Shown: positions 20,859-31,009, numbered from the stretch's first letter. The stretch: DNA of 64,000 nucleotides from Anaerolineae bacterium (GCA_040768165.1 JAXGNH010000005.1:30057-94056), one strand, 5' to 3'. The notes: generated from the sequence alone by a model not told the origin. Numbers and translations are program-made.

Positions 20859-23102
20859 ATGTGGCGCACATGGCGCGCCTCGGCTCAGAACGACCCTGAA
20901 CTGGCACAGACCACCGCCGAGTTGGCGCAGCTCACGCAGCGCCGCGTCATCTTGGCCACCATCGGCGCCTACATGCTGTGGCACTTTGTGGCCACCATCA
21001 CCTGGTCGCAGACCATGGGTCCCACGGTCTGGCTCACGACCATCATCGTCCTGATCTGCGGCGGTATCGCGCTGCGCCACCTCGGGCACCGCCTGCCCAT
21101 CGCGCAGGTCGCCTGGCAGCTCGGCATGTTCGCCGCCATCACCATATCGCTGCTGGCCTTCCGCGAGCCGGCGGTCATCTTTCTCTACGCGCTGTTGCCG
21201 CTCATGGCCGTCATCACGTCGGGCCTGCTCGCCGGCCTGGTGGCCGAGGGGGGCGTCGTGGCGATGCTCGCCTGGCTCAGCTACGGCCCGCTCGCGGGCA
21301 TGCTCCCGAGCGGGTACGCCATCGGCGCCATCGCCGTGGGAGGGCTGGCCGGGCTCCTCGGGTGGGCATCGTCCCACGCGCTGTTCACCGTGACACACTG
21401 GTCGATCTACAGCCTCAACCAGGCGCGGGAGAACATGGAGGCGGCCCGCGAGCATCGCGCGCAGCTGGCCAAGGTCGTCAAGGACCTGGACCAGGCGTAT
21501 TCGCGGCTGGGGCGCACTAACGCCTCACTGGTGGCCGCGTGGCGCGCCGCCGAGGAGGCGGAGCGCTTCAAGGCCGAGTTCGTCACCAACGTCAGCCACG
21601 AGCTGCGCACGCCGCTCAACCTCATCGTGGGCTTTTCCGAGATGATGCTCACCGCACCCGAGAGCTATGACGGCGTGCAGGTCCCCGGCCCGTACCGCAG
21701 TGATCTCAACGTCATCCACCACAACGCCCAGCACCTCCTCGCCCTGGTGGACGACGTCCTGGACCTGGCGCGCATCGAGGCGGGGCGCCTGGGGCTGGTG
21801 AAGGAGGAGGCCGACATCGCCGCGTTGGTGGCCGTGGCCACCGGCATGGTGCGCGACTATATCGCCGCCAAGGGGCTGGAACTCCACCTGCGCCTGGCCC
21901 CCAACCTGCCGCGCATCTGGATCGACCGCCTGCGCATCCGTCAGGTGCTGCTGAACCTCCTGGTGAACGCCGCGCGCTTTACTGAGCGTGGCTCCATCAC
22001 CCTGGAGGTGCGCCAGGAGGAGGACGAGATCCTCGTCAGCGTGTCCGATACGGGGCGCGGCATTCCGGAACAGGACCTGCCCAAGATATTCCAAGAGTTC
22101 CGCTCCACCGACCAACCCGTCTCCACGTGGCACAGCGGCACGGGCCTGGGGCTGCCCATCAGCAAGCGCTTCGTGGAGCTGCATCACGGGCGCATGGGCG
22201 TCGAGAGCGTCTATCTGCAGGGCACCACCTTCTGGTTCGCCCTGCCCTGCGCCGCGAGCAGCAGCAGAGACGAGGGGAGCGGGACGCTGCTTCGGCGGCG
22301 CTTGCCGGGCACGGGCGCCACCGAGCGCATCGTGGTGCTGGTGCACGACGACCCGCGCATCGGCCCACTGCTACAGCACTACCTCGAGGGGTACCGCGTC
22401 GTCAGCCACCCCGACGTGCAGGAGGGCGCGGCATTGGCCCGCGACCTCACCGCCCTGGCGCTGGTCTTGGACGAGTCGGTGGAGGCCGGGCCCCTGCCGG
22501 CGGGCATCCCCATCATCCGCGCGCACCTGCCCAGCAGCCGCCGCGTGGCGGCCGCCATGGGCGCGGACGATCTCCTGGTCAAGCCCGTCACGCGCGACGA
22601 ACTCCTGGGTGCCATCGACCGCCTGGGGAGGCCGGTTCAGCGCGTGCTCATCGCCGACGACGACCCCGACGTGGTGCGCCTGTTCCACCGCATGTTGCGC
22701 ACGCGCATCGCGCGGCAGGATCGCTTGGAGGCCTATAACGGGGAGGAGGCGTTGCGCGTGATCGTGAGGGAGCGGCCCGACCTGGTCATTCTCGACCTCG
22801 TGATGCCCGAGAAGGACGGGCTGGGGGTGCTGGAGCATATGGCGGGGGATCCCGAATGCGCGCAGACCGCCGTGATCATGGTGACGGCCCGGGGGCAGGA
22901 CTATTCCAGCCTGCAGGTGCGAGGCCCCATTGCCATCACCAGGGACGATCCGTTCCAGTTCGTCGAGTTCACCCGGGTGCTAGAGGGCGTCCTGGGCAGC
23001 CTCAGCCCGACGTGGCCGCTTCCCGCTCGTATAGCGCCAGAACCCGCAGCAGATCCTGCTTCTGAACCGGCTTCCGCAGGTAACCCGCCGCCCCCAGCGT
23101 AG
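20859..23102 (+). CDS. Membrane hybrid sensor histidine kinase (TM region-HisKA-HATPase-pseudo-REC-REC)
   Basis: AGGAG RBS before ATG 20859; VSHELRTPL, QVLLNLLVNA, DTGRGI, GTGLGL, ADDD...DLVILDLVMP. Confidence 0.92.
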   Translation: MWRTWRASAQNDPELAQTTAELAQLTQRRVILATIGAYMLWHFVATITWSQTMGPTVWLTTIIVLICGGIALRHLGHRLPIAQVAWQLGMFAAITISLLAFREPAVIFLYALLPLMAVITSGLLAGLVAEGGVVAMLAWLSYGPLAGMLPSGYAIGAIAVGGLAGLLGWASSHALFTVTHWSIYSLNQARENMEAAREHRAQLAKVVKDLDQAYSRLGRTNASLVAAWRAAEEAERFKAEFVTNVSHELRTPLNLIVGFSEMMLTAPESYDGVQVPGPYRSDLNVIHHNAQHLLALVDDVLDLARIEAGRLGLVKEEADIAALVAVATGMVRDYIAAKGLELHLRLAPNLPRIWIDRLRIRQVLLNLLVNAARFTERGSITLEVRQEEDEILVSVSDTGRGIPEQDLPKIFQEFRSTDQPVSTWHSGTGLGLPISKRFVELHHGRMGVESVYLQGTTFWFALPCAASSSRDEGSGTLLRRRLPGTGATERIVVLVHDDPRIGPLLQHYLEGYRVVSHPDVQEGAALARDLTALALVLDESVEAGPLPAGIPIIRAHLPSSRRVAAAMGADDLLVKPVTRDELLGAIDRLGRPVQRVLIADDDPDVVRLFHRMLRTRIARQDRLEAYNGEEALRVIVRERPDLVILDLVMPEKDGLGVLEHMAGDPECAQTAVIMVTARGQDYSSLQVRGPIAITRDDPFQFVEFTRVLEGVLGSLSPTWPLPARIAPEPAADPASEPASAGNPPPPA

Positions 23103-24234
23103 TGGCCAGGGTAGGTTGGTCCAGCACACTGCAGATGACGACGGGGATGTCGCGCGTGTCGGGGTTCTGCTTGAGCGCCACGAGCAACTCCCACCCGTCC
23201 TCGCCGGGCATCAGCACATCGAGCAGGATGAGGGTCGGGCGCGCCTGGGCGATGGCCTGCTGTGCCTCCGCGCCACTGGTGACGCCCACGATCTGCCAGT
23301 TGTGGCCCGTGGCGTAGCGGCGGTACAACCCCAAAAAGTCGGCGTTGTCGTCGATGACCAGCAGCACCCGCTTGCCGGTCGGCCAGGCAAGCCTCGCCTC
23401 CCACGCGCCTCCGCTGTTGTCCGTGATCCGCACCACGCCCCCCATGGCGGCCACCAACTCGCGCCAGGGCTCGCCGCCGTCCCCCGATGCGACGGGGCTC
23501 GCGGCGCGCGGGCCGGGCCGCACGCGCAAGCGGATGGTACGCTCCCCCTCGACGGAGAAGCAATCGATCTGGGCCTTTCCGCCGCGCGCCCCTCGCAGCC
23601 CGTGCGAGGCGAGGCTCAGCACCGCCTGGCGGAGGAGCACCCGGTCGACGCGCAGGTCGAATCCGCCGCAGGACGAGTCCATGGTCAGCGATACGCCCTC
23701 GGCCCGGGCCAGCGGCTCGATCACCGGGCGCAACTCCTCGAGGAGTTGGCCTCCCTGAATCACCTCGGACGACGAGCGCTCCGCCACGCGCTCCACGGCG
23801 GTACGGAGCAGATCCTCGTGCGCCTCCCCGTCGTCGCCCTCACCCCGCGCCTGCTGCCAGCGCGACCAGAGCAGATCGGTGACCGCCTCCAACACCCGCG
23901 CCTGCTCGCGAAAGTACTGGCTGCGCCCGATGTTCAGTTCGGCCATGATCTCGCGAGGCGCCGCCCCCTCGATGTAACGCAGCTCCAGGATGCGGTAGCC
24001 GCGCCAGTCGGGCGAATGGGCGGGCACGCCCGCCACCGGGCGCACCTCGCGGATGGTGTCCAGCAACAGCCGGCGCAGCGCCTGGCTGCGCTCCAGCGGG
24101 TTGCCACCCTCGGGCGCCAGCATGTCGGCCAGGGGATGCGTGCGGAGGTGGGCCAGGTCATAGAGGCGACTGAGGGCGTCGTGGACGCTCTCGTCGAACT
24201 CGGCTCGGCTGGGGCCCTCTTCTGGTTCGGTCAT
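23002..24234 (-). CDS. Response regulator with N-terminal HTH-like region, central degenerate HATPase-like region and C-terminal REC
   Basis: ILELRYIEG...EIMAELNIGRSQYFRE; VDRVLLRQAVL; IDDN...LLDVLMP...YLRKP. Confidence 0.82.
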   Translation of the reverse strand: MTEPEEGPSRAEFDESVHDALSRLYDLAHLRTHPLADMLAPEGGNPLERSQALRRLLLDTIREVRPVAGVPAHSPDWRGYRILELRYIEGAAPREIMAELNIGRSQYFREQARVLEAVTDLLWSRWQQARGEGDDGEAHEDLLRTAVERVAERSSSEVIQGGQLLEELRPVIEPLARAEGVSLTMDSSCGGFDLRVDRVLLRQAVLSLASHGLRGARGGKAQIDCFSVEGERTIRLRVRPGPRAASPVASGDGGEPWRELVAAMGGVVRITDNSGGAWEARLAWPTGKRVLLVIDDNADFLGLYRRYATGHNWQIVGVTSGAEAQQAIAQARPTLILLDVLMPGEDGWELLVALKQNPDTRDIPVVICSVLDQPTLATTLGAAGYLRKPVQKQDLLRVLALYEREAATSG

Positions 24235-24244
24235 GGCTCTCGTT

Positions 24245-24272
24245 GGGACTCGGATCGGACTCTCAAGGGACT
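24245..24272. promoter_or_regulatory. Three (G/C)GGACT direct repeats at 11-bp spacing, putative operator
   Basis: GGGACT 24245, CGGACT 24256, GGGACT 24267. Confidence 0.5.
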
Positions 24273-24602
24273 TAACCCCTTCCACGGGGCGCGGCCATCG
24301 GGTAAGCTGGGGCAGGTAGTGTGCCGTACCCCTTACTGATACCCCACGTGGGACGTTCTGTCAAGACCGGCAGCCGAGCCGGCCAACGGGTGCGCCCTGG
24401 GGCAGAGGCTCCTGCAGCCTCGCGTTTGGCGTTCCCGGCAATGTTATGTATTCTCTGGTAGCGGCCTTTCCGGCCGGGCAGCCTCCCACGTGGCACCATG
24501 AGGACGGGCGGCACCATAGTATCGGGGTCCGGGCCGGCGCGCCGGGAGCGCGCTGTGGACGCCCCCACCGGTTCGGCAGTCTGGTCGGTCGTGGTCGTAC
24601 GG

Positions 24603-24612
24603 GTAACGTTAC
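24603..24612. promoter_or_regulatory. Palindrome GTAACGTTAC, LacI-type operator-like
   Basis: Perfect 10-bp palindrome with central CG, just upstream of the RBS of the solute-binding protein. Confidence 0.4.
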
Positions 24613-24628
24613 AGTCAAGGAGAAGAGG

Positions 24629-26212
24629 ATGGAGCAGAGAATCACCCGTCGTCGCTGGCTAAAGTGGGCCCTTACGGGCACGGCAGGCGCCGTGCTGGCC
24701 GCTTGCGCACCTCAAGTGGTCAAGGAAACGGTCGTCGTCGAAAAAGAGGTGGAAAAGGTCGTCAAGGAGACGGTGGTCGTCGAGGGGACGCCCCAGGTCA
24801 TCGAGAAGGTCGTGACGACGGCGCCGGCGCCGGCCGAGAAGCAGGTCATGCGCTATTGGCTGCAGGCCACCACCGAGCAGTTGTACCGCGAGCAGATGAT
24901 CAACGAGTTCATGCAAATGAACACGGACATCGAGATCCGGATGGACGGCACCGACCCCGCCAACTATAACGAGGCGACCCAGTTGCTGTTCGCCGGCGGT
25001 ACCCCCCCGGACGTCTTCTGGAAGTTCAACCTGACGATGCAGCAGATGCTGGACCAAGAGTACGTCATGCCCTACCCGGACGAGGTCCAGACGTACCTCA
25101 CCAACGCCTATCCGGCGTACATGTTCCTCAACGGCGTCAACATGCTTGACGGGCACCTGTACGGCTTTTACCCGGTGGGCAAGACGTCCGCTACCCACGT
25201 CCTGTACATGAACGACGAGCTGTTCGACAAGGCCGGTATCACCGAGGCCCCCAAGACGTGGTCCGATTTTCGCAACGTGGCCAAGCAGCTCACCGAGGCG
25301 GGCGGCGGTCAGTCGTACGGCCTGATCCTCGGCGGCACCTCCCCGTGGGACTATACCGGTCTCGTCGGGTCTCTGGCCTATACCGCCGGCCCCATGGCCA
25401 GCGGCAACGCAGAGACCGAGTGCTTTGACTGGACCAAGGGCGAGCTGACCATCGCGTCGGACTATATGGTGTCGGCGCTGCAGCTTTGCATGGACATCGC
25501 CGAGGACGGGAGCCTGTTCCCCGGCTACTCCACCATCAGCCACACCGAGTCGCGTGCCGGGCTGCCTAGTGGCTGGGCCGGCATGTTCCTGGGCGGCTGG
25601 TGGGACGCGGGCGCCTACAACACCCAGTTCCCCGAGTTCTCTTACTCGGTCGCCCCGCCCCCCGAGTTCGACGGCGGCCGCTTGGGCTACAACCTGGGCA
25701 ACGCCCAGATCGAGCGCGTCTACGTCGCCAAGGGTACCCAGGTGCCCGACGCCGTGACCCGGTTCCTGCTCTTCAAGTTCGGCCCGGCCTACCAGAAGGG
25801 GTGGGCGCGCAACGGCTGGTTCACTACGCTGCCCGAAGCCAACGAAGAGAGCAACGTCAAGGACCCCATCATCCAGACGATCTTCAAGATCGCCGAGGAC
25901 ATCCGCACCTCGCCGAACCCCACCGCCCGGAACGTGGAGCAGTCCAAGGTGAGCGTCGAGCGCAAGGCCCTGCACCCCAACTGGGGCGAGCTGCTCGGCG
26001 GCGTGTTCTCCGGCCAGCTCAGCATGGCGGACTATGAAGTCCAAGCTCAGCAGTACACCCAGGACAACCGCGCCGAGCTGGAGCGAGCCATCAACTACCT
26101 GAAGGGCGAGGGAGTCCCCGTAAGCATTGACGACTGGATCTTCCCGAACTGGGATCCGAGCAAGGACTATACCGACGATATGTACGCCGAACTCCCGCCG
26201 GTCACGTACTAG
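24629..26212 (+). CDS. Carbohydrate ABC transporter solute-binding lipoprotein (Tat-type signal)
   Basis: MEQRITRRRWLK...LAAC lipobox; PPDVF, LYMNDELFDKAG, PKTWSDF; AAGGAG RBS. Confidence 0.92.
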   Translation: MEQRITRRRWLKWALTGTAGAVLAACAPQVVKETVVVEKEVEKVVKETVVVEGTPQVIEKVVTTAPAPAEKQVMRYWLQATTEQLYREQMINEFMQMNTDIEIRMDGTDPANYNEATQLLFAGGTPPDVFWKFNLTMQQMLDQEYVMPYPDEVQTYLTNAYPAYMFLNGVNMLDGHLYGFYPVGKTSATHVLYMNDELFDKAGITEAPKTWSDFRNVAKQLTEAGGGQSYGLILGGTSPWDYTGLVGSLAYTAGPMASGNAETECFDWTKGELTIASDYMVSALQLCMDIAEDGSLFPGYSTISHTESRAGLPSGWAGMFLGGWWDAGAYNTQFPEFSYSVAPPPEFDGGRLGYNLGNAQIERVYVAKGTQVPDAVTRFLLFKFGPAYQKGWARNGWFTTLPEANEESNVKDPIIQTIFKIAEDIRTSPNPTARNVEQSKVSVERKALHPNWGELLGGVFSGQLSMADYEVQAQQYTQDNRAELERAINYLKGEGVPVSIDDWIFPNWDPSKDYTDDMYAELPPVTY

Positions 26213-26233
26213 TTCGACACGCCATTGATAACG

Positions 26234-26274
26234 GTGATCGACGGCCGCGGTCGCTGATCGCGGCCGTCGATCAC
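26234..26274 (+). terminator. Intercistronic stem-loop after the solute-binding protein gene (mRNA stabiliser/attenuator)
   Basis: 16-bp perfect stem GTGATCGACGGCCGCG/CGCGGCCGTCGATCAC; no U-tract. Confidence 0.65.
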
Positions 26275-26324
26275 AATGCGCCCGCGGGCTTTTGGGTTGC
26301 ATAGTCTCACGACAGGAGACCACG

Positions 26325-27311
26325 ATGTTGCAGAGGGCCCTGAGAAGACCAGGACCTGCCCGCTCACTCTCAGTTTTGGGGGAGAGGCACAAGTCGCTCG
26401 GTCGGCGGATACGGGAGCACGCCTGGTGCTATGTGTTCATCGCGCCGGCGGTCGTCCTCTACCTGATGTTCACGGTGTGGCCCGTCTTGGCCAGCTGGTA
26501 CTTTGCATTCTTTGACTGGTCCGGCCTCGGCGCTCCGACGCGGTTCGTCGGCCTGGCCAACTTTCAAGAGGTCGTAACCAACTCGTACTTTTGGAATGCC
26601 TTCAAGCACAGTTTTCAGTTCATGGCCGGCCTGGTGGTCCTACAGCTTCCGACCACGCTGATCATGGCCATCATCCTGAACAACTCCCGCCTCAAAGCGG
26701 CCAGCGTCTACCGCGTGATCTTTTTCTTGCCGGTGGTGACCACCACCGCCATCGTCGGCATCGTCATGACGTACATCTTTTCGCCGTTCAACGGTGTGGT
26801 CAACACCATCCTCGTACGTTCTGGCCTGCTCGACAAGCCGGTGCACTTTCTCGGCCAGGCAAGCACCGCACTACTCACCATCATCGTGGTCTCGGCCTGG
26901 AAAGGCTTTGGCACCAACATGATGTACTGGCTCGCCGGGCTACAGGCGATCCCCAACGAGGTGTATGAGGCCGCCAAGGTGGACGGGGCGAGCACGGTGC
27001 AGACGTTCTTCCGCATCACCGTGCCTCTCATCAGGCCGGTCGGTCTCGTCATCATCCTGTTCACCGTGGTGGGCGCGCTGCGCGTGTTCGACCTCGTGAA
27101 GGTGATGACCGACGGCGGCCCCTTCTTTCTCACTGAGACGATCTCGATCTTTATCTACCGCTATGCCTTTGGCAGCGCCGGCATGCCGCGCATCGGGTTC
27201 GCGTCGGCCGCAGGCATTTTCTTCGGCCTCGCTGCCATGATCCTCTCGACCATCCAGGGTTTGGCGATTCGCAAGGGCGGCAGCATCGGCGCCAGGGGGG
27301 GGACGCAGTGA
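26325..27311 (+). CDS. Carbohydrate ABC transporter permease (MalF/UgpA type)
   Basis: FVGLANF, EAA motif YEAAKVDGA, MTDGGP; AGGAG RBS. Confidence 0.93.
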   Translation: MLQRALRRPGPARSLSVLGERHKSLGRRIREHAWCYVFIAPAVVLYLMFTVWPVLASWYFAFFDWSGLGAPTRFVGLANFQEVVTNSYFWNAFKHSFQFMAGLVVLQLPTTLIMAIILNNSRLKAASVYRVIFFLPVVTTTAIVGIVMTYIFSPFNGVVNTILVRSGLLDKPVHFLGQASTALLTIIVVSAWKGFGTNMMYWLAGLQAIPNEVYEAAKVDGASTVQTFFRITVPLIRPVGLVIILFTVVGALRVFDLVKVMTDGGPFFLTETISIFIYRYAFGSAGMPRIGFASAAGIFFGLAAMILSTIQGLAIRKGGSIGARGGTQ

Positions 27312-28168
27312 CAACTCGAAAAGCCCCCATGGGCGCAGTGCTCGCGCGGCGCCTGCACATGCCGCTTACCCACATCATCCTGATCGGGCTGGGCATCATC
27401 TGGATGTACCCCTTCCTGTGGATGGTGTCCGCCGCCTTCAAGACGACGGCCGAGATGTTCAGCGGCGGCCTGAACCTCATCCCCAAAGAGATCATCTTTG
27501 ACAACTTTGTCCGGGCATGGGAGGTCGCCAAGTTCCGGGTTTACTTTTTCAACACCGTGACCGTCACCGTCTCGGTCGTGGCGATGGTGTTGGCGTGGAC
27601 CTCGATGACGGGCTATGCCTGCGGGCGCTACAGTTTTCCCGGTCGCAAGATCTTTATGGGCGCCATCGTGGCCACCCTGTTCCTGCCCACAGGCTATACG
27701 ATCATCCCGGTGTTCGAGATGATGAAGCGGCTCAAGCTGCTCGACACGCTATGGGCCGTCATCCTCGGTGAAGCCGGCGGCGGCCACGTGCTCTTTATCC
27801 TGCTGTTCAGCGGCTTTTTCCAGGCGCTACCCAACGATCTTGAGGACGCGGCGCGTATCGACGGCGCCGGGTTCGTGCGCACCTTCTGGAGCGTAATGCT
27901 GCCGCTGGCCAAGCCGATCCTCGCTACAGCGACGATCATGCAGTTCATGTGGACCTGGAACTCGTTCTTTATGCCCCTCGTGTTCACCCTCTCCAAGCCG
28001 GAACTGCGCACGTTGGGAGTGGGCATGTACGCCTTTGTCACCGAGCACACCACCGACTGGACGGGCATGGCGGCAGCGGCTACTATCTCGCTGGCGCCGA
28101 TCATCACCGTCTTTTTGCTCTTGCAGCGCTACTTTGTTGAAGGTGTTGCCGGAGCCATCAAGGGCTGA
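27308..28168 (+). CDS. Carbohydrate ABC transporter permease (MalG/UgpE type)
   Basis: LEDAARIDGA, WNSFFMP, QRYFVEGVAGAIKG; GTGA overlap. Confidence 0.93.
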   Translation: MTTRKAPMGAVLARRLHMPLTHIILIGLGIIWMYPFLWMVSAAFKTTAEMFSGGLNLIPKEIIFDNFVRAWEVAKFRVYFFNTVTVTVSVVAMVLAWTSMTGYACGRYSFPGRKIFMGAIVATLFLPTGYTIIPVFEMMKRLKLLDTLWAVILGEAGGGHVLFILLFSGFFQALPNDLEDAARIDGAGFVRTFWSVMLPLAKPILATATIMQFMWTWNSFFMPLVFTLSKPELRTLGVGMYAFVTEHTTDWTGMAAAATISLAPIITVFLLLQRYFVEGVAGAIKG

Positions 28169-28180
28169 GGGGTATCCGCT

Positions 28181-29305
28181 ATGGCATTGATCATCGAGAG
28201 GCTCGAGACCCAGGTCGTCCACGTCAACCGACGGGGCGACTGGGTCTTTTGCCTCATTCACACCAATGAGGGAATCACGGGCCTGGGCGAGGCGAGCCAC
28301 GGGCTGAACGACGCCCTGGTCGTCGCCACTCTGGCGCAATACGGCAAGCGCCTCGTGGGGCAGGACCCAACGCGCATCGAGGCGATCTGGGCCTCGCTGG
28401 ACAACAAGCACGCCGGCCGCGTGGAGCACACTGCCCTGAGCGCCATCGAGCAGGCGTTGTGGGACATCCTCGGGCAGCGCCTGGGGGTGCCGATCCGCGC
28501 GCTCCTGGGCGGCGAGGTACGCGATCGCGTGCGCCTTTATGCCAACATCAACCGGCATGTGGCCGACCGGTCGCCCGCCGGCTTTGCCGCCGCCGCACGC
28601 CAGGCGGCGGAGCAGGGCTTCACGGCCGTCAAACTGGCGCCGTTCGACGAGGTACGCGGCCCCGCCCACGTGCGCACCGGTCCGCGGGCGGCGTGGCTGC
28701 CGGGGGTCGAGCGCGTGCGGGCCGTGCGCGAGGCGATCGGCGACGCGGTCGAGCTGGCCATCGACTGCCACGGGCGCTTTGACGTCGCCGAGGCCCTCGC
28801 CGTGGCGCGCGTCCTGGAAGAGTGCAACCTCTTCTGGTTCGAGGAGCCTCTGCCGCACACGCGCACCGACGATCTGGCGCGCATCACATCGGCGGTTCCC
28901 ATGGCCACGGCGTCGGCGGAGAGCGTCTACGCCGTGGAGGGGTTCGCGCCGTTCCTCACGCGGCGGGTGGTGGACGTCATCATGCCCGACGTCAAACACG
29001 ACGGGGGAGTGCTGGAGACCAAGCGCATCGCCGGCGCCGCCCGCGCCACCGGCATCCTCGTGGCGCCCCACAACCCCGCCGGGCCCGTCTCCACGGCCGC
29101 CACCGCGCAGGTGGTCAGCACGCTGAGCAACTTTCTCATCCTCGAGTACGCCTGGGGTGAGGTCGACTGGCGCGCCGACCTGCTAGAGCCCGCCGAGCGC
29201 ATCGAGGACGGCTATCTCGTCCTCCCCGAGGGCCCCGGCCTGGGACACCGCCTCAACCCAGACATGGTCGCCGCACACCGCGCAAAGGTCGGCGACAGAG
29301 GCTAG
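28181..29305 (+). CDS. Mandelate racemase/muconate lactonizing enzyme family acid-sugar dehydratase (DgoD-like)
   Basis: GLGEA, ALWDILG, metal ligands in IDCH / FEEP / AES, HNPAGP, PGLG. Confidence 0.88.
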   Translation: MALIIERLETQVVHVNRRGDWVFCLIHTNEGITGLGEASHGLNDALVVATLAQYGKRLVGQDPTRIEAIWASLDNKHAGRVEHTALSAIEQALWDILGQRLGVPIRALLGGEVRDRVRLYANINRHVADRSPAGFAAAARQAAEQGFTAVKLAPFDEVRGPAHVRTGPRAAWLPGVERVRAVREAIGDAVELAIDCHGRFDVAEALAVARVLEECNLFWFEEPLPHTRTDDLARITSAVPMATASAESVYAVEGFAPFLTRRVVDVIMPDVKHDGGVLETKRIAGAARATGILVAPHNPAGPVSTAATAQVVSTLSNFLILEYAWGEVDWRADLLEPAERIEDGYLVLPEGPGLGHRLNPDMVAAHRAKVGDRG

Positions 29306-29325
29306 CTCTGAGCCGACAAGGCCTG

Positions 29326-29484
29326 ATGGCACGCAGATTGCGCTGATCGGTCGCTGATGCACGCAGATGAGGCAGGGAAAGATCCATGGCCCCTGCGCGA
29401 TGCGCTGCCGCTCACCTCTTGCGGCGCAACGCCCCCCTGAATCCGCGCAGATCAGCCGTCGACCTGCGGAATCTGCGTACCATT
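29326..29484. repeat. 9-mer CGC(A/T/G)GAT inverted-repeat element
   Basis: ATGGCACGCAGATT...AATCTGCGTACCAT arms built of CGCnGAT units. Confidence 0.65.
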
Positions 29485-29530
29485 CCTTTCGCGGCAGCGA
29501 TCACCTAACATGATACGTCAGGAGACCCCC

Positions 29531-31009
29531 ATGCCCTCCACCGACCGGCCCAACATCCTGCTCATTCTCACCGATCAGCACCGCTGGGACACCCTGGGGT
29601 GCTACGGCGCCGCCTCCTGCCGCACGCCGCACCTCGACGCCCTGGCCGCCCGCGGCGTGCGTTTCGACGCCGCCTATTGCCCCACCAGTCCCTGCTCCCC
29701 GGCGCGCGCCGCCCTCTTCTGCGGGCTCTACCCCCACAAGAACGGCGTGCCCTCCAACGGCGGCATCCTGGAGCCCGGTATCCCGAACCTCGCCGAGAGC
29801 CTGGCGGGTGCGAACTATAACCTGGGCTACGCCGGCAAGTGGCACGTGGACAACGCCCGCGTGCCCTCCGAGTACGGCTTCCGGGGCAAGGATTTCCCCG
29901 GCTACGGCCAGCCCACCGTGGCCGGCATCCCCGAGGGGCTGCGCTACGGCCGCCGCAGCAACCGGCCCACGCCCCACTATGGTGACTATTTGCGCGAGCA
30001 CGGCTATGAGAATCCGCGCGTGCTCGAGGCGCACTATGGCGACAACCCCGGCAAGCAGGATCAGGAGATGTACGCCCTGCAGTCGGGCGGCCTCGATGAG
30101 ACCTTTGAGGCCATGGTCGCCTCGGAGGCCGTCGACCACCTGCGTTGCTTTGGCGCCGAGCGCCGCGAGAGCGGCAAGCCCTTTTTCGTGTGGGCCAACT
30201 TTTGGGGGCCGCACACCCCCTGCCTGGTGCCCGAGCCCTACTATTCCATGTACGACCCGGCCGACATCCCGCCGGAGCCCAGCTACGCCGAGACCTGGGC
30301 CGACAAGCCCCGCGTCCACGCCCTCTACGAGCGCTTCTGGAGCCTGTCGGGCAACGGCTGGGCGGGGTGGCGCGAGATCGTGGCGCGTTACTGGGGTTAT
30401 GTCACCATGCTGGACGACCTCGTGGGCCGCATCCTGGCAGAGTTGCGCGCCCAGGGGCTCGAGGAGAACACGCTGGTGGTGTTCGGCACCGACCACGGCG
30501 ACCAGATGGGCGCCCACCGCATGATCGAGAAGGGCCCCTTTGCCTACGAGGAGTCCTGGCGCCTGCCCCTCATCGCCGCCCACCCGGCGTGCGAGAACCC
30601 GGGAAGCGTCTGCGACGAGTTCGTGCTGCTCAACGACCTCTTTCCCACCTTCCTCGAGACCGCCGGCGTCACGCCGCCCGAGGTGCCCGACAACCGCAGC
30701 ATCCTGCCCCAGGTGTTGGGGCGCGCCGAGCCCACAGGGCGAGACAGCGTCTACGGCGCGTTTCACGCCCACCTCTTCCCGGCGCCGCTGCGCTTTGTGC
30801 GTACAAAGCGCCACAAGCTGGTGTTCAACCAGGTGGACATGGGCGAGCTGTACGACGTGATCGACGACCCCTGGGAGCTGCACAACCGCTTCAATGACCC
30901 CGCCATGGCGGAGGTCAAGGCGCAACTCATGGCGCGCCTGCGGGAGCACATGGAGACGCTGCAGGACCCCATCCTCCCGTCGTTCGACCGCATCAAGGAC
31001 GTGTACTGA
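29531..31009 (+). CDS. Cys-type formylglycine sulfatase family hydrolase
   Basis: RPNILLILTDQHR, CSPARA (CxPxR), GKWH, PHTP, TDHGD, KGP. Confidence 0.92.
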   Translation: MPSTDRPNILLILTDQHRWDTLGCYGAASCRTPHLDALAARGVRFDAAYCPTSPCSPARAALFCGLYPHKNGVPSNGGILEPGIPNLAESLAGANYNLGYAGKWHVDNARVPSEYGFRGKDFPGYGQPTVAGIPEGLRYGRRSNRPTPHYGDYLREHGYENPRVLEAHYGDNPGKQDQEMYALQSGGLDETFEAMVASEAVDHLRCFGAERRESGKPFFVWANFWGPHTPCLVPEPYYSMYDPADIPPEPSYAETWADKPRVHALYERFWSLSGNGWAGWREIVARYWGYVTMLDDLVGRILAELRAQGLEENTLVVFGTDHGDQMGAHRMIEKGPFAYEESWRLPLIAAHPACENPGSVCDEFVLLNDLFPTFLETAGVTPPEVPDNRSILPQVLGRAEPTGRDSVYGAFHAHLFPAPLRFVRTKRHKLVFNQVDMGELYDVIDDPWELHNRFNDPAMAEVKAQLMARLREHMETLQDPILPSFDRIKDVY

